From assembly GCA_036260055.1 (NCBI GenBank), contig DATAAQ010000136.1:1-30273 (forward strand): a stretch of DNA of 30,273 bases. Direction: 5' to 3'. Below are positions 5,895 through 16,100 of this stretch, piece by piece. A program made the translations under genes and the position numbers. Numbering within the stretch: the stretch's first letter is position 1; every line of letters starts with the position of its first letter. The notes beneath the pieces were generated by a model that saw only the letters and a list, made by a program, of their open reading frames with translations, did no database searches and had not been told where the DNA came from. Origin of the DNA: Gaiellaceae bacterium (GTDB taxonomy: Bacteria; Actinomycetota; Thermoleophilia; Gaiellales; Gaiellaceae).

Positions 5895-8765
5895 ATGGCC
5901 TCGCACGCCCTGCGACTTCCCCTGTCCGCCCGCCTGCGCTGGGACACGTCCCTGCTGACGTCGCCCGACGAGCGCCGCCGGCGCGCGGCGATGGCGCGCG
6001 GCGCCGTCTACCTCTACGCGCTCGGAGCCGCCCTCGTCGTCGCGAGCCTGGCGCTACCCGCGGCCGGCCGCGAGACGTGGGGCGTCGTCGCGGTCGGCGC
6101 GACAGCAATCGCGGCGGCCGGGGGCCACTGGCTCCTCTTCGACCGCCTCCCGACGCTCGCGTTCCAGGTCTCGGGAGCGATCGGGACGGCGCTCATCACG
6201 ATCGGGGCGGTGCTGGGCGGCGCGGGCGGGAGCGCGTACGCCTTCTTCTACCTCTGGGTCGTGCTCTACGCCTTCTTCTTCTACGGGCTCGCCGGCGCGT
6301 GCGTCCAGCTGGGTCTCGTCGGCGCCGCACACGCGGCGGTGCTCGCCGCGCCCACGGACGTGTTCACGCCCGTCCACGCGCTCGTCCAGATCGGCTCCCT
6401 CGCCATGGCGGGCGTCATGGTGCTCGCCCTCAAGTCGCAGATCGCCTCGCTCGTCAGCGGCCTCGTCGCCGGGGAGAAGCGGTACCGCACGCTCGTCGAG
6501 CAGCTGCCTCTCGCCATCTACACGGACCACGTCGGCGAGGCCGAGTCCGCAGGGTACGTGAGCCCTCGGATCGAGACGCTGCTCGGCTACGACGCCGAGA
6601 AGTGGACGCGGAAGCTCGACCTCTGGATCGAGCTCCTCCACCCGGGAGACCGCGAGCGCGCGCTCTCGGAATACCGCCGCGCCCTCGCCGCCCACGAGCC
6701 GTTCGTCTGTGAGTACCGGCTCGTCGCGCGCGACGGCCGGACCGCCTGGTTCCGAGACGAGGACGTCGTCGTCCGGGACGCGGACGGCCGCCCCGCGTAC
6801 CGGCAGGGCTACATGCTCGACATCACCGAGCGGAAGGAGGCCGAGGAGGCCCTCCGGCAGGGCGAGGAGCGGTTCCGCGCGATGGTCGCGAACGTCCCCG
6901 GCGCCATCTTCCGCTGCGCCAACGACGAGCACTGGACGATGGAGTTCGTCAGCGACGCGATCGAAGAGATCTCCGGCTATCCCGCCTCGGACTTCGTCGG
7001 CAACCGCGTCCGCTCGTTCGCCAGCGTCATCCACCCGGACGACGACGAGTCGCTCGCCGCCTCGATCGCCGACTGCCGGCCGTACGAGATCGAGTACCGC
7101 ATCGTCCGCCCCGGCGGCGAGGTGCGCTGGGTGCTCGAGCGCGGCCAGGCGGACCGCGGACCGGACGGCGAGATCCGCATCGACGGGGCGATCTTCGACG
7201 TGACGGAGACGCGCGCGGCCGCCGAGGCGCTCCTCGAGGCGAAGGAGTATTCGGAGACGCTCATCCGCACAGCGAACGTGATGATCGTCGGGCTCGACCC
7301 GAGCGGGCGCGTCCGCATCTTCAACGAGGCGGCCGAGGAGATCACCGGCTACACCCGCGAGGAGCTGGAGGGCGAGAGCTGGCTCGAGGTCCTCGTCCCG
7401 CGCGAGCGCTATCCCGAGGTCTGGGCGGCGTTCGCCGGGCGCAAGGGGGGCGGCGGCCTCCCGGAGGACTTCGAGAGCGCGATCGTCACGAAGAGCGGCG
7501 AGGAGCGCCTCATCTCGTGGCGGAACAGCGAGGTCGTCCAGGGCGACCGGGTCGTCGGCACGATCTCCTTCGGCATCGACGTCACGGCGGGCAAGCACCT
7601 CGAGGAGCAGCTCCGCCAGTCGCAGAAGATGGAGGCGGTCGGGCGCCTCGCCGGAGGGATCGCGCACGACTTCAACAACCTGCTCCTCGCCATCACCGGC
7701 TACTGCGACTTCGCGCTCGCGAAGCTCGGCGACGACCAGCCGGCCGACGACGTCCGCGAGATCCAGAAGGCGGCCGACCGCGCCGCGGGCCTGACGCGCC
7801 AGCTCCTCGCGTTCAGCCGCAAGCAGGTCCTCCAACCGCAGCCCGTCGCCCTGAACGACGTCGTCGCCGACCTCGAGGGGATGCTGCGGCGGCTGATCGG
7901 CGAGCACGTGCAGCTGCAGGTCGGGCTCGAGCCCGAGCTCGGGCCGGTGCTCGTCGACCGGGGCCAGCTCGAGCAGGTGCTCATGAATCTCGCCCTGAAC
8001 GCGCGCGACGCGATGCCGGGCGGCGGAACGCTCTCGATCGACACTCGCCGCGTCGAGCTGAGCGAGGCGCGGGCGGAGCGCCACGTCGGGCTGACGGCGG
8101 GTCCACACGCCCTCCTCGTCGTCGGCGACACCGGCCTCGGTATGGACGAGCAGACGCGCTCGCAGGCGTTCGAGCCCTTCTTCACGACGAAGGAGCCGGG
8201 GAAGGGGACCGGCCTCGGCCTCGCCACGGTCTACGGGATCGTGAAGCAGAGCGGCGGGTCGATCTCGCTCGACAGCGCGCCGGGAAAGGGCACGGTCGTT
8301 CGCATCCTCCTCCCGCTCGCGCAGCCGCTGCGCGAGGCGCCGACGGTGCTCGCCCCCGAGCTCGAGCGGCCGCGCGGCTCGGAGACGATCCTGCTCGCCG
8401 AGGACGAGCGCGTCGTCCGCGACCTCGTGGCCGAGATCCTCGAGGCAGCGGGCTACACCGTCCTCGCAGCGGCCGACGGGCGCGACGCCCTGCGCCTAAG
8501 CAAGGCCCACGCAGGGGACGTCGACATGATGGTGACCGACGTGGTCATGCCGGGGATGAGCGGACGCGAGCTCGCCGAGCGGCTCTGGCTCTCCCGGCCG
8601 GAGATGAAGGTGCTCTACATCTCGGGCTACACCGACATCGCCGTCTTCGACCCGGGCGTCCTCGACCCGGGCTCGGCGTTCCTGCAGAAGCCCTTCAGCG
8701 CCGCCGAGCTGGCGCAGAAGGTGCGCGAGGTGCTCGACGCTCCCCAGGCGGGCCTCGCCGCCTGA
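5895..8765 (+). CDS. Membrane-bound multi-PAS hybrid histidine kinase/response regulator (CckA-like architecture)
   Basis: About 6 TM helices, three PAS/PAC repeats (HPGD, HPDD, FNEAAEEITGY), H-box GIAHDFNNLL, NLALNARDAM, FEPFFTTK..GKGTGLGL, and a receiver domain (AEDE..TDVVMPGMSG..KPF). Confidence 0.95.
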   Translation: MASHALRLPLSARLRWDTSLLTSPDERRRRAAMARGAVYLYALGAALVVASLALPAAGRETWGVVAVGATAIAAAGGHWLLFDRLPTLAFQVSGAIGTALITIGAVLGGAGGSAYAFFYLWVVLYAFFFYGLAGACVQLGLVGAAHAAVLAAPTDVFTPVHALVQIGSLAMAGVMVLALKSQIASLVSGLVAGEKRYRTLVEQLPLAIYTDHVGEAESAGYVSPRIETLLGYDAEKWTRKLDLWIELLHPGDRERALSEYRRALAAHEPFVCEYRLVARDGRTAWFRDEDVVVRDADGRPAYRQGYMLDITERKEAEEALRQGEERFRAMVANVPGAIFRCANDEHWTMEFVSDAIEEISGYPASDFVGNRVRSFASVIHPDDDESLAASIADCRPYEIEYRIVRPGGEVRWVLERGQADRGPDGEIRIDGAIFDVTETRAAAEALLEAKEYSETLIRTANVMIVGLDPSGRVRIFNEAAEEITGYTREELEGESWLEVLVPRERYPEVWAAFAGRKGGGGLPEDFESAIVTKSGEERLISWRNSEVVQGDRVVGTISFGIDVTAGKHLEEQLRQSQKMEAVGRLAGGIAHDFNNLLLAITGYCDFALAKLGDDQPADDVREIQKAADRAAGLTRQLLAFSRKQVLQPQPVALNDVVADLEGMLRRLIGEHVQLQVGLEPELGPVLVDRGQLEQVLMNLALNARDAMPGGGTLSIDTRRVELSEARAERHVGLTAGPHALLVVGDTGLGMDEQTRSQAFEPFFTTKEPGKGTGLGLATVYGIVKQSGGSISLDSAPGKGTVVRILLPLAQPLREAPTVLAPELERPRGSETILLAEDERVVRDLVAEILEAAGYTVLAAADGRDALRLSKAHAGDVDMMVTDVVMPGMSGRELAERLWLSRPEMKVLYISGYTDIAVFDPGVLDPGSAFLQKPFSAAELAQKVREVLDAPQAGLAA

Positions 8766-8769
8766 CGTC

Positions 8770-9456
8770 CTAGGCCGCCTCGCGGTCGTCGGCGACGACG
8801 CGGCCGTCCTGGAGGCGGATGACGCGGTCGGCGACGTCGAGGAGGGCCGGGTCGTGGGTCGCGACGAGAGCCGAGACGCCGCGCGTGTCGACGAGGTCCC
8901 GGATCAGCTCCATGATCGTCCGGGCGTTCTCCGAGTCGAGCTGGCCGGTCGGCTCGTCGGCGAGGAGAAGCGGCGGGTCGTTCACGAGCGCGCGCACGAT
9001 GGCGACCCGCTGCTGCTCGCCCCCCGAGAGCTCGTACGGCCGATGGTTCGCGCGCCCGCCGAGCCCGACGGCCTCGAGGAGCTCGCGGACGCGCCGGTCG
9101 CGCCGCTGCGGCTCGGCCTTCTGCAACCGGAGCGGCACCTCGACGTTCTCGGCGGCCGTGAGGACGGGCAGGAGCCCGAAGCCCTGGAAGACGAACCCGA
9201 TCGTCGTCCGCCGGTAGCGGACGAGCTCCTCCTCGGCGAGGCCCGACACCTCGGTGCCGGCGACCCACACGCGCCCCGCCGTCGGCCGGTCGAGGCCGCC
9301 GACGAGGTTCAGGAGTGTCGTCTTGCCGGACCCCGAGGGCCCGTGCACGACCGCGAGCTCGCCCTCCGCGAGCCCGACGTCGACGTCGCGCAGCGCGTGG
9401 ACGATCGCCCGGCCGGCCCGGAACTCCCGCGTGAGGCCGTCCGTCCGGACGATCAC
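8770..9456 (-). CDS. ABC transporter ATP-binding protein (LolD/MacB-type)
   Basis: GPSGSGKTT, LSGGEQQ, LLLADEPTG, ATHD. GTGA overlap with the upstream ATPase. Confidence 0.95.
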   Translation of the reverse strand: MIVRTDGLTREFRAGRAIVHALRDVDVGLAEGELAVVHGPSGSGKTTLLNLVGGLDRPTAGRVWVAGTEVSGLAEEELVRYRRTTIGFVFQGFGLLPVLTAAENVEVPLRLQKAEPQRRDRRVRELLEAVGLGGRANHRPYELSGGEQQRVAIVRALVNDPPLLLADEPTGQLDSENARTIMELIRDLVDTRGVSALVATHDPALLDVADRVIRLQDGRVVADDREAA

Positions 9457-10361
9457 GGGCCGTCCTCCTCGGGTCGGCGCGGCCGGTCGGGCCAGACGCC
9501 GATGTGATCCTCCTCGAGCGCGAGCCGCACGCGGCGCTCGAGCTCGAGCGCCGCCACGTACTCGCGCGGAAGCTGCAGGCGTCCGACGCGGTCGAGCACG
9601 GCGAACTCCTCCGCGACGACCTCGTGCCCGTCCGTCGTCCGCCGGCGAAGGGTCTCCGTGCTCGTGCGTCCGTCCCGGATCCGCACCGTGCGGGTCACCT
9701 GCGTCGAGACGAGCGGGTCGTGTGTGAGGACGACGACGGTGACGCCGAGCTGCTCGTTGACCCAGCGAAGAGCGGCAAAGAGCTCGGCCGCGCTCGCGGT
9801 GTCGAGCTCCCCGGTCGGCTCGTCCGCGAGGAGGAGCTGCGGCTCGTTCGCGAGCGCGACGGCGAGAGCGACGCGCTGCTGCTCGCCGCCCGAGAGGTGC
9901 TCGGGGCGCTCGCCGGCGCGCTCGGCCATGCCGACGAGCTCGAGCAGCTGCCGGGTGCGCGCCCGGCGGATGGGTCGGGCGAGCCCGTCCAAGAGCATGG
10001 GGAGCTCGACGTTCTGCGCGACCTCGAGGTAGGGAAGCAGGTTGCGCGACGTCTGCTGCCAGACGAAGCCGACGACCCGGCGGCGGTAGACCGTGCGCTC
10101 CCGCGGGCGCAGGGCCGTGAGGTCGTAGGTCGCAACCGACGCCCTTCCCGCGGTCGGCGTGTCGACGCCGCCGAGGATGTTCTGGAGGGTCGACTTGCCG
10201 CTGCCCGAGGCGCCCACGACCGCGATCACCTCGCCGCGCTCGACGTGCAGGTCGAGGCCCTGGAGGGCGACGACCTCGAGGTCGGCGACCTTGTAGATCT
10301 TGACGAGGTTCTCGCAGACGACGAGGGCGCCGTCGGAGCCCGGGCGCGGGCGCACGCTCAT
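9453..10361 (-). CDS. ABC transporter ATP-binding protein with C-terminal AbrB/MraZ-like extension
   Basis: True start is ATG at 10361 (ATGA overlap with the permease stop). Motifs GASGSGKST, LSGGEQQ, LLLADEPTG, LTHD. Tail LDRVGRLQLPREY..RVRLALEEDHIGVWP. Confidence 0.9.
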   Translation of the reverse strand: MSVRPRPGSDGALVVCENLVKIYKVADLEVVALQGLDLHVERGEVIAVVGASGSGKSTLQNILGGVDTPTAGRASVATYDLTALRPRERTVYRRRVVGFVWQQTSRNLLPYLEVAQNVELPMLLDGLARPIRRARTRQLLELVGMAERAGERPEHLSGGEQQRVALAVALANEPQLLLADEPTGELDTASAAELFAALRWVNEQLGVTVVVLTHDPLVSTQVTRTVRIRDGRTSTETLRRRTTDGHEVVAEEFAVLDRVGRLQLPREYVAALELERRVRLALEEDHIGVWPDRPRRPEEDGP

Positions 10362-13150
10362 CGCTGCTCCGCCCTCAGCGCACGGCCGAGCTGCGCGCGG
10401 CGGGCCGCGGCGCCGGCGGCCGCGACGGCGGCCGCGAGAACCGCGAGGACGGCTCCCGCCAGGAGCCCGACTGCTGTGAGATCTCGGGTGATCACCGGCG
10501 CGGCCCCCGTGAAGGCTGTCAGATCGATCCCCGGCGCGACGAGGTGCGGGATCGCGAGCCCGAGGCCGACGCCGATCGCGAGCGCGACGAGCGTGGAGGG
10601 GACGAGCTCGAGCGCAGCGACGCCGAGAGCCTGGCGGGACGAGAGGCCGAGAGCCCGCAGGTAGACCACCTCGCGCGCCCTCGCCCGCGCCGCGAGCGTG
10701 GCCGCCAAGACGACCGCCAGCCCGGCGAGGATGCCGCCCAGGAGCGCGGCGGCGCGGAAGCCGTCGAGCGTCCCCGCGACGAGCGGCGAGTCGCGGAGCG
10801 AGCGCTCCACGTCGCGGCGGGAGACCACCGAGGCAGCGGGGAGCGCCCGCCGAAGCGCGGCCCCCGCGGCCGGGCCGGCGCGGACGTAGAGCCGGTTCGG
10901 CCGCACCAGGCTCTCGCCGAGCCCTGCACGGACGCGCTCGAGAGGCACCACCGCGACGGGCCCCCCGGCACCCGCCCCGGCCACGCGCTCGCGCCGCTCG
11001 ACGGCGACGAGCGTCAGCTCCCGCTGCTGCGACTGCACGGTGAACGGCTCTCCGGGCACGACCGCGGCGCCCTGGACCGGACGGCCGGTGAGGACGGCGG
11101 GAACCGCGCCGTCCCGGCCGCGCCCGAAGGGGAGCGGCTCTCCGGCCGGCGTCCCGGCGACGACCTCCGCGTAGGCCTCGGCGTCGAGCGCGAGCACCGT
11201 CAGGCCGCCGAGCGTCCCCGCGCCGCCGGTGACGACGCGCGCGTCCTCGTCGACCCAGGCGCGGGCGACCGCCTCCCCCTCCCGCGCGACGGCCGCCGCG
11301 GCGGCGGGCTCTGCCGCGTCTCCGCGGACGTCGACGCGGTAGTCCGCCCCGACCCGCTCCCACGCGACCTCCGCGTGACCGTGGCTAATCGTCCGCGCCT
11401 CGACGGCGGCGAAAACGGCGACCGAGACCGCCAGAACGGTCACGAGCAGGGGGATCCCCGTCGCGCTCGGACGCCGGGCGACGCGTCTCGTGCCGAGCGC
11501 CGCCACGAGGTCCCGTCGCCGGGCGGCGAGGCGGGCGACCCCGGCCAGGGGCAGCGGGTACACGCGCAGGGCCACCATCCCGGCCGCGAAGGCGAGGAGC
11601 ACCGGGACTGCGGCGAGGTATGGGTCGGGACCGGCGGCCGCACCGCCGGCGAGCCCTCTCCGCCGGAGGAGGTGCACGCCGACGAGCGAGAGCGCGACGA
11701 CCAGGCCCTCGAGGACGAGCCGCCGCGGCGACGGCAGCCGAGCCGCCGCGTCCTCGCGGACCTCGAGCGGCACCGCCCGGGCGGCCGGCCCGGCAGCGAG
11801 GGCGACGAAGAGGACGGCCGTCGCGACGACGATGCCGGCCACGGACCACGCCGGGAAGGGGCCCGCGCGGCCGTCCACGAGGGTCGCGGCGAGGTACGCG
11901 AGGAGCGCGACCGGCGCGGCGAGAAGGAGGGCCTCCGCCGCCTGGGCCGCGAGCACCTGGAGCGCGGAGGCACCACGGCTCCGCGTGAGCGCGATCGCCT
12001 CCCTGCGCCGGTCGACGACGAGCGAGGCGAGGAGCCCGACGACCGCGAGCGCGGCCGCGAGCAGCCCGATCTCGACGGTCGCGAGGAGCGTCGTGGCGAG
12101 CTCCCGCCGCCGCTCGTAGCGGTCGAGCACCGCGGGAAGGCTCGTGCGGACGTACGTCTCCGCAGGGCGCACGAAGCGTCCGTAGCGTGCGTCCAGCCGC
12201 CGGAGGTCGGTCTCGAGCGCCGGCAGGCGCGCGCCGTCGAAGGCGGCGGGCTCGACGGCGTAGCGCCACGTGTACTGCAGCGGCATCGGGTGGACCGCGT
12301 CCGTGAGCGCCCCGTAGGCGTTGGCCGCGTAGAGCGCGTAGGCGTATACGAAGCGGTGGTCGCCGCCGGGCGTCTCCTCGACGAGGGGCTCGTTCAGCTG
12401 GGCCTGGGCCGACCAGAGATGGCTCCCCCGCTCGCGCGGCTCCCACAGGCCCGTCACCCGGAGGACGAGCGGCGAGCGCTCCTCGAGCGCGACGCCGCGG
12501 ATGAGCGGGTCGCCGGCGTCCGAGGTGAAGACGAGCCTGTCGCCGACCTCGACGGCCAGGAGCTGCGCGGCGGTCCGCGAGAAGGCGACCTCGAACACCC
12601 GGGCGCGGTCGATGCGGCCGACGACGTCGACGCGTGCGCTCCCGACGGTCGGCTCGGGAAGCCGGCCCTCGACGGCGCGCACGTGTCCGTCGAGGCCGCT
12701 CGCCTGCCGCAGCGTGACGTAGCGCGTCGTCCCGGGAAGAGGCGCGCCCGCCTGGAGCGAGTAGCGCGGCGAGTCGACGACCGCCGTCCTCTCGCCGACG
12801 ACGGCCTCGACGGCACCGAGCAGACCGGCGAGCTCCTCGCCGCGGGCCGCGACGCGCGCGAGCGGCTCGTCCTCCAGCCCCGCCGGGATCCGGCCGGCGC
12901 GGAGGATCTCGACGTCCCGCTCGAGCGCGCTCGCCCGCGCGACCTCGTGCCGGAGGCCCTCGTCGGCCATCTCGTTCAGCGCCCGCGGCACCGCTGCGAC
13001 GACGAAGCTCGCGAACCCGACGACGGCGAGCGCGGCGAGGACGACCGGCCCGTCGCTGCGGAGCCGCTCGAGGAGCACGCGCGTGGTCCCGACGAGCGAG
13101 AGCGGCCCCCGCGCGAGCCGGGCGAGCCGGACCTCGGCGCGGACGGCCAT
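10358..13150 (-). CDS. Large FtsX-like ABC permease (930 aa)
   Basis: Start MAVRAEV at 13150 (TGATG overlap with the upstream permease). FtsX TM blocks with RRREAIALTRSRGAS and RAREVVYLRALGLS motifs, and two large extracytoplasmic loops. Confidence 0.88.
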   Translation of the reverse strand: MAVRAEVRLARLARGPLSLVGTTRVLLERLRSDGPVVLAALAVVGFASFVVAAVPRALNEMADEGLRHEVARASALERDVEILRAGRIPAGLEDEPLARVAARGEELAGLLGAVEAVVGERTAVVDSPRYSLQAGAPLPGTTRYVTLRQASGLDGHVRAVEGRLPEPTVGSARVDVVGRIDRARVFEVAFSRTAAQLLAVEVGDRLVFTSDAGDPLIRGVALEERSPLVLRVTGLWEPRERGSHLWSAQAQLNEPLVEETPGGDHRFVYAYALYAANAYGALTDAVHPMPLQYTWRYAVEPAAFDGARLPALETDLRRLDARYGRFVRPAETYVRTSLPAVLDRYERRRELATTLLATVEIGLLAAALAVVGLLASLVVDRRREAIALTRSRGASALQVLAAQAAEALLLAAPVALLAYLAATLVDGRAGPFPAWSVAGIVVATAVLFVALAAGPAARAVPLEVREDAAARLPSPRRLVLEGLVVALSLVGVHLLRRRGLAGGAAAGPDPYLAAVPVLLAFAAGMVALRVYPLPLAGVARLAARRRDLVAALGTRRVARRPSATGIPLLVTVLAVSVAVFAAVEARTISHGHAEVAWERVGADYRVDVRGDAAEPAAAAAVAREGEAVARAWVDEDARVVTGGAGTLGGLTVLALDAEAYAEVVAGTPAGEPLPFGRGRDGAVPAVLTGRPVQGAAVVPGEPFTVQSQQRELTLVAVERRERVAGAGAGGPVAVVPLERVRAGLGESLVRPNRLYVRAGPAAGAALRRALPAASVVSRRDVERSLRDSPLVAGTLDGFRAAALLGGILAGLAVVLAATLAARARAREVVYLRALGLSSRQALGVAALELVPSTLVALAIGVGLGLAIPHLVAPGIDLTAFTGAAPVITRDLTAVGLLAGAVLAVLAAAVAAAGAAARRAQLGRALRAEQR

Positions 13151-16100
13151 CAGCGCACCTCCCCCGCCCGGACGGCCGCGGCCACGTCGACCTTGCGGAG
13201 CAGCCGAACTTCGAGCGCGATGATGAGGACGAGCGCGAGGAGCATCGCCGCCTCGAGCCAGGCGACGGTCACCCAGGGGACCTCCACGATGGGCCGCGGG
13301 AAGGGTCTCGCTCCCGTCTGCGTGAGCGAGACCGTCGGGAGGACGAAGTGCGCCAGGAGGAGCCCCAGCGCCGTCCCCCCGGCGAGGCTCAGCGCGACGA
13401 GGAGCCCGTTCTCGAGCACGAGCCAGCCGGTCAGCTGGCGCGAGGAGAGGCCGAGCGAGCGGACGACGGCGAACTCGGTCGTCCGCTCGCGTGCCGAGAC
13501 CGCGGAGCTGACGGCGAAGCCGACCGCGGCGAAGACGGCCGCGGCCAGGAAGCCGAGCGAGAGCGCGCCGATCGTCCCGAGCGCGACCGGGTCGTTCTGA
13601 AGCGCCGCCGCGCGCCCCTGCCGGCTCACCGCCTCGGCGCTCGAGAAGGGCGCCGCCCGGAGGGTCTCGGCGACGCTCTCCGCCTCCCCGGGCGCGGTGT
13701 CGAGCCACCAGCTGCTCGCCTCCGGGCGGGTAGCGCGAGCGAGGTAGACGAGCTCGCCGTACGTCCCGGGGTCGATCACGAGCGCCGGCGTCGCGGGCTC
13801 GACCGTGGGCACGCCGCTCAGGGAGCCGGCGATCTCGATCGACCGCCGCGCGCCCGCCAGCTCGACGGGGAAGAGCTCGCCCGGACGGGCTTCCGACGCG
13901 TCGAGGAACGTGCTCGTCGCGAGCGCCGGCAACACCTTGGGCGGGCTCGGCGCGCCCGGGAAGAGCCGGAAGACGACCTCGGCCTCCGTCTGGCTCGTCG
14001 CTCCCGTCGTGAAGAAGAGGTCGAGCCCTTCCGCGTCCGCCTCCAGGAGGCCTCTCGGCGCCCTCTCCGCGTACGGGAGGTCGGGTTCCCGCACCGACCA
14101 GGGGGCGGGCGTGAGCGGCACGGACCTCAGCGCTCCCGGCGGCCCGGCCTCGAGCGACTCGACGGTGAGGATTCCCTCGCGGGAGACCTGGTACGGGGCG
14201 ATCACGGTGAGCTCCACGGCCACGAGCTCGAGCGGGTACGCGGGCGCCGCCTCGGCCCCGCCCGCGACGGGCGGGACGAGCTCGATCTCGAACCGGCGCG
14301 CGCGCTGCCGGCGTCCGAGCTCGCCGGCCCTGTACCAGTGGAGGAGTCCCGCCCGGTCGCGGAGGACGAGCGCGAGCGACGGGGAGGCGACCGCGAAGCT
14401 CTCGAGCCCGGGGACGCCCCCGAAGAAGCCGAAACGGCGGACGCGCGGGTCGAGGTCGACCCGCGCCGTCACCGCGAGCCGCGTCGGCTCGCCGGGTAGG
14501 CCGAGGCCGGCGAGGACGGGGCGCTCGGGGACGAGCGGGTCGAAGACACGCTCGACCGGCCGGCCGGCGAGGTCGGAGCGCAGCGAGACGACGGACGCGG
14601 CCTCTGCGGCGTCGAGCGCCACCACGGCGCCGCGCGGCCCGTCGAGCGCGAACGTGTCCTCGACGACCGGCACCGCCTTGCGCACGCCCTCGAGGGCCTC
14701 GTAGGCGCGCGGGAAGGCGACGGCGGGCAGCGCGCCCGACCGCTCGTCGGGGCGGACGCGCACGTCGGCGCCGGTCTCGTAGGCAGCCTGGTCTTCCTGC
14801 GAGCGGGACCAGGTGCTCCCGAAGGCGGCCGCGAAGAGGCCGATGGCGAGCGCGAGGGTGAGCAAGAGCGCCGAGCGGGCGTAGCCGCGAGGCCGGCGCG
14901 ACAGCTGGCGTACGCCGAGGGGGGCGACGACGCCGCGCGCGGGACCGCCGAGACGCTCCGCCAGCCGCGTGAGCGCGGGGACGATTCGGAGGGCGAGGAC
15001 CGCGCCCGCCAGGAGGCCGAGCGCGGGCGCCGCGACGAGCAGCGGATCGATGCCGAGCCGGCCCTGGGCGTCCTCGATCAGCGGAGCGCCGTACCGGCGG
15101 AGCTGCCAGTAGGCGAGGAGCGCGAGGGCGAGAAGGACGACGTCGAGGCGCGCCCGCTGGACGATCCCGCGCGCGGGCGGGCGTCCGATCGCGGCGACCG
15201 CGAGCGCGACGCGCGGCGACCGTAGCGCCGGGACGACGAGGGCGACAACGCACGCCGCGCTCGCGACCGCGGCGAGCCCGTAGGCCTCCGGGCCGACCCG
15301 GGGGGAGAGGGCGAGGTCGATCTCCGCGAGCGGCCCGACCCGCTCGAGGAGCCGCAGCGAGGCGGCGGCGACCCACGGCCCGGCGAGCGCCGCGGGGACG
15401 GCGAGGAGGGCGCCCTCGAGCAGCGCGACCGTTGCAATGCGCCGGCCGTCGGCTCCGCGCGCGGCGAGGAGCGCCGTCTCGACCCGCCGCTCCTCCGCGA
15501 TCAGGAACGCGGTGAAGAGCAGCGCGTACGCGGCGAGGATGGCGAGCTGGAGCGAGGGAACGAGCACGCCCGAGCGCGCGACGAGGAGCGACCGCTCGGC
15601 GTCACGGAGGAGCCCGGCCAGGCCGCCGTCGACCTGGAAGCCCGTCCCCCCGGCGGCGAGCCGGTCGTCGAGTCGCTCGAGCGCGCGACGGAGCGGTCCG
15701 ACCTCCTCCACCTCCAGCGCTGCGAAGCTCGGGGCGGCGCGCCACCGGACCTCCTCCGCTCCGGCGGCGAGCTCGAAGAACGTCGCCCTCGGTACGACGA
15801 GCGGGCCGAACGTGGTGAAGTCTGCACGCTGCACGCCCCCGAGCTCGAGCGGGCTCGCCCGCCAGAAGGCGGCGGCGGGGTCGAGCGCGCGGAAGACGCC
15901 GCTGACGCGGACGTCGAGCCGTCGTTCCTCGCCTGTGCGGGCCGCCACGGGGAGGACGGCGCCGAGGGAGACGCCCAGCGCTCGCGCTGCGGGCTCGGAG
16001 AGCGCCGCCTCGACGGCGACGCCGCGTCCCGGCCACGTCCCGGCCACGAGATCCGCATGGCGCTCGATCCCCTCCAGGAAGCCGAACACCGTCAGCGCGC

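Noticed and set aside
10362-11363. N-terminal half of the 636-aa ORF 9453-11363
   Set aside because: Off-frame overlap with the permease. The ATPase begins at ATG 10361.
10544-13600. Long antisense ORFs over the ABC operon; likewise 6054-8108, 20981-22915 and 25537-27852
   Set aside because: Mirror frames of well-supported genes, with low-complexity composition.
13151-15376. N-terminal 740 aa of the 1672-aa track ORF (apparent giant permease)
   Set aside because: An Arg/Pro/Gly-rich off-frame reading of permease 1. The real second permease starts at ATG 13150 in a TGATG overlap.
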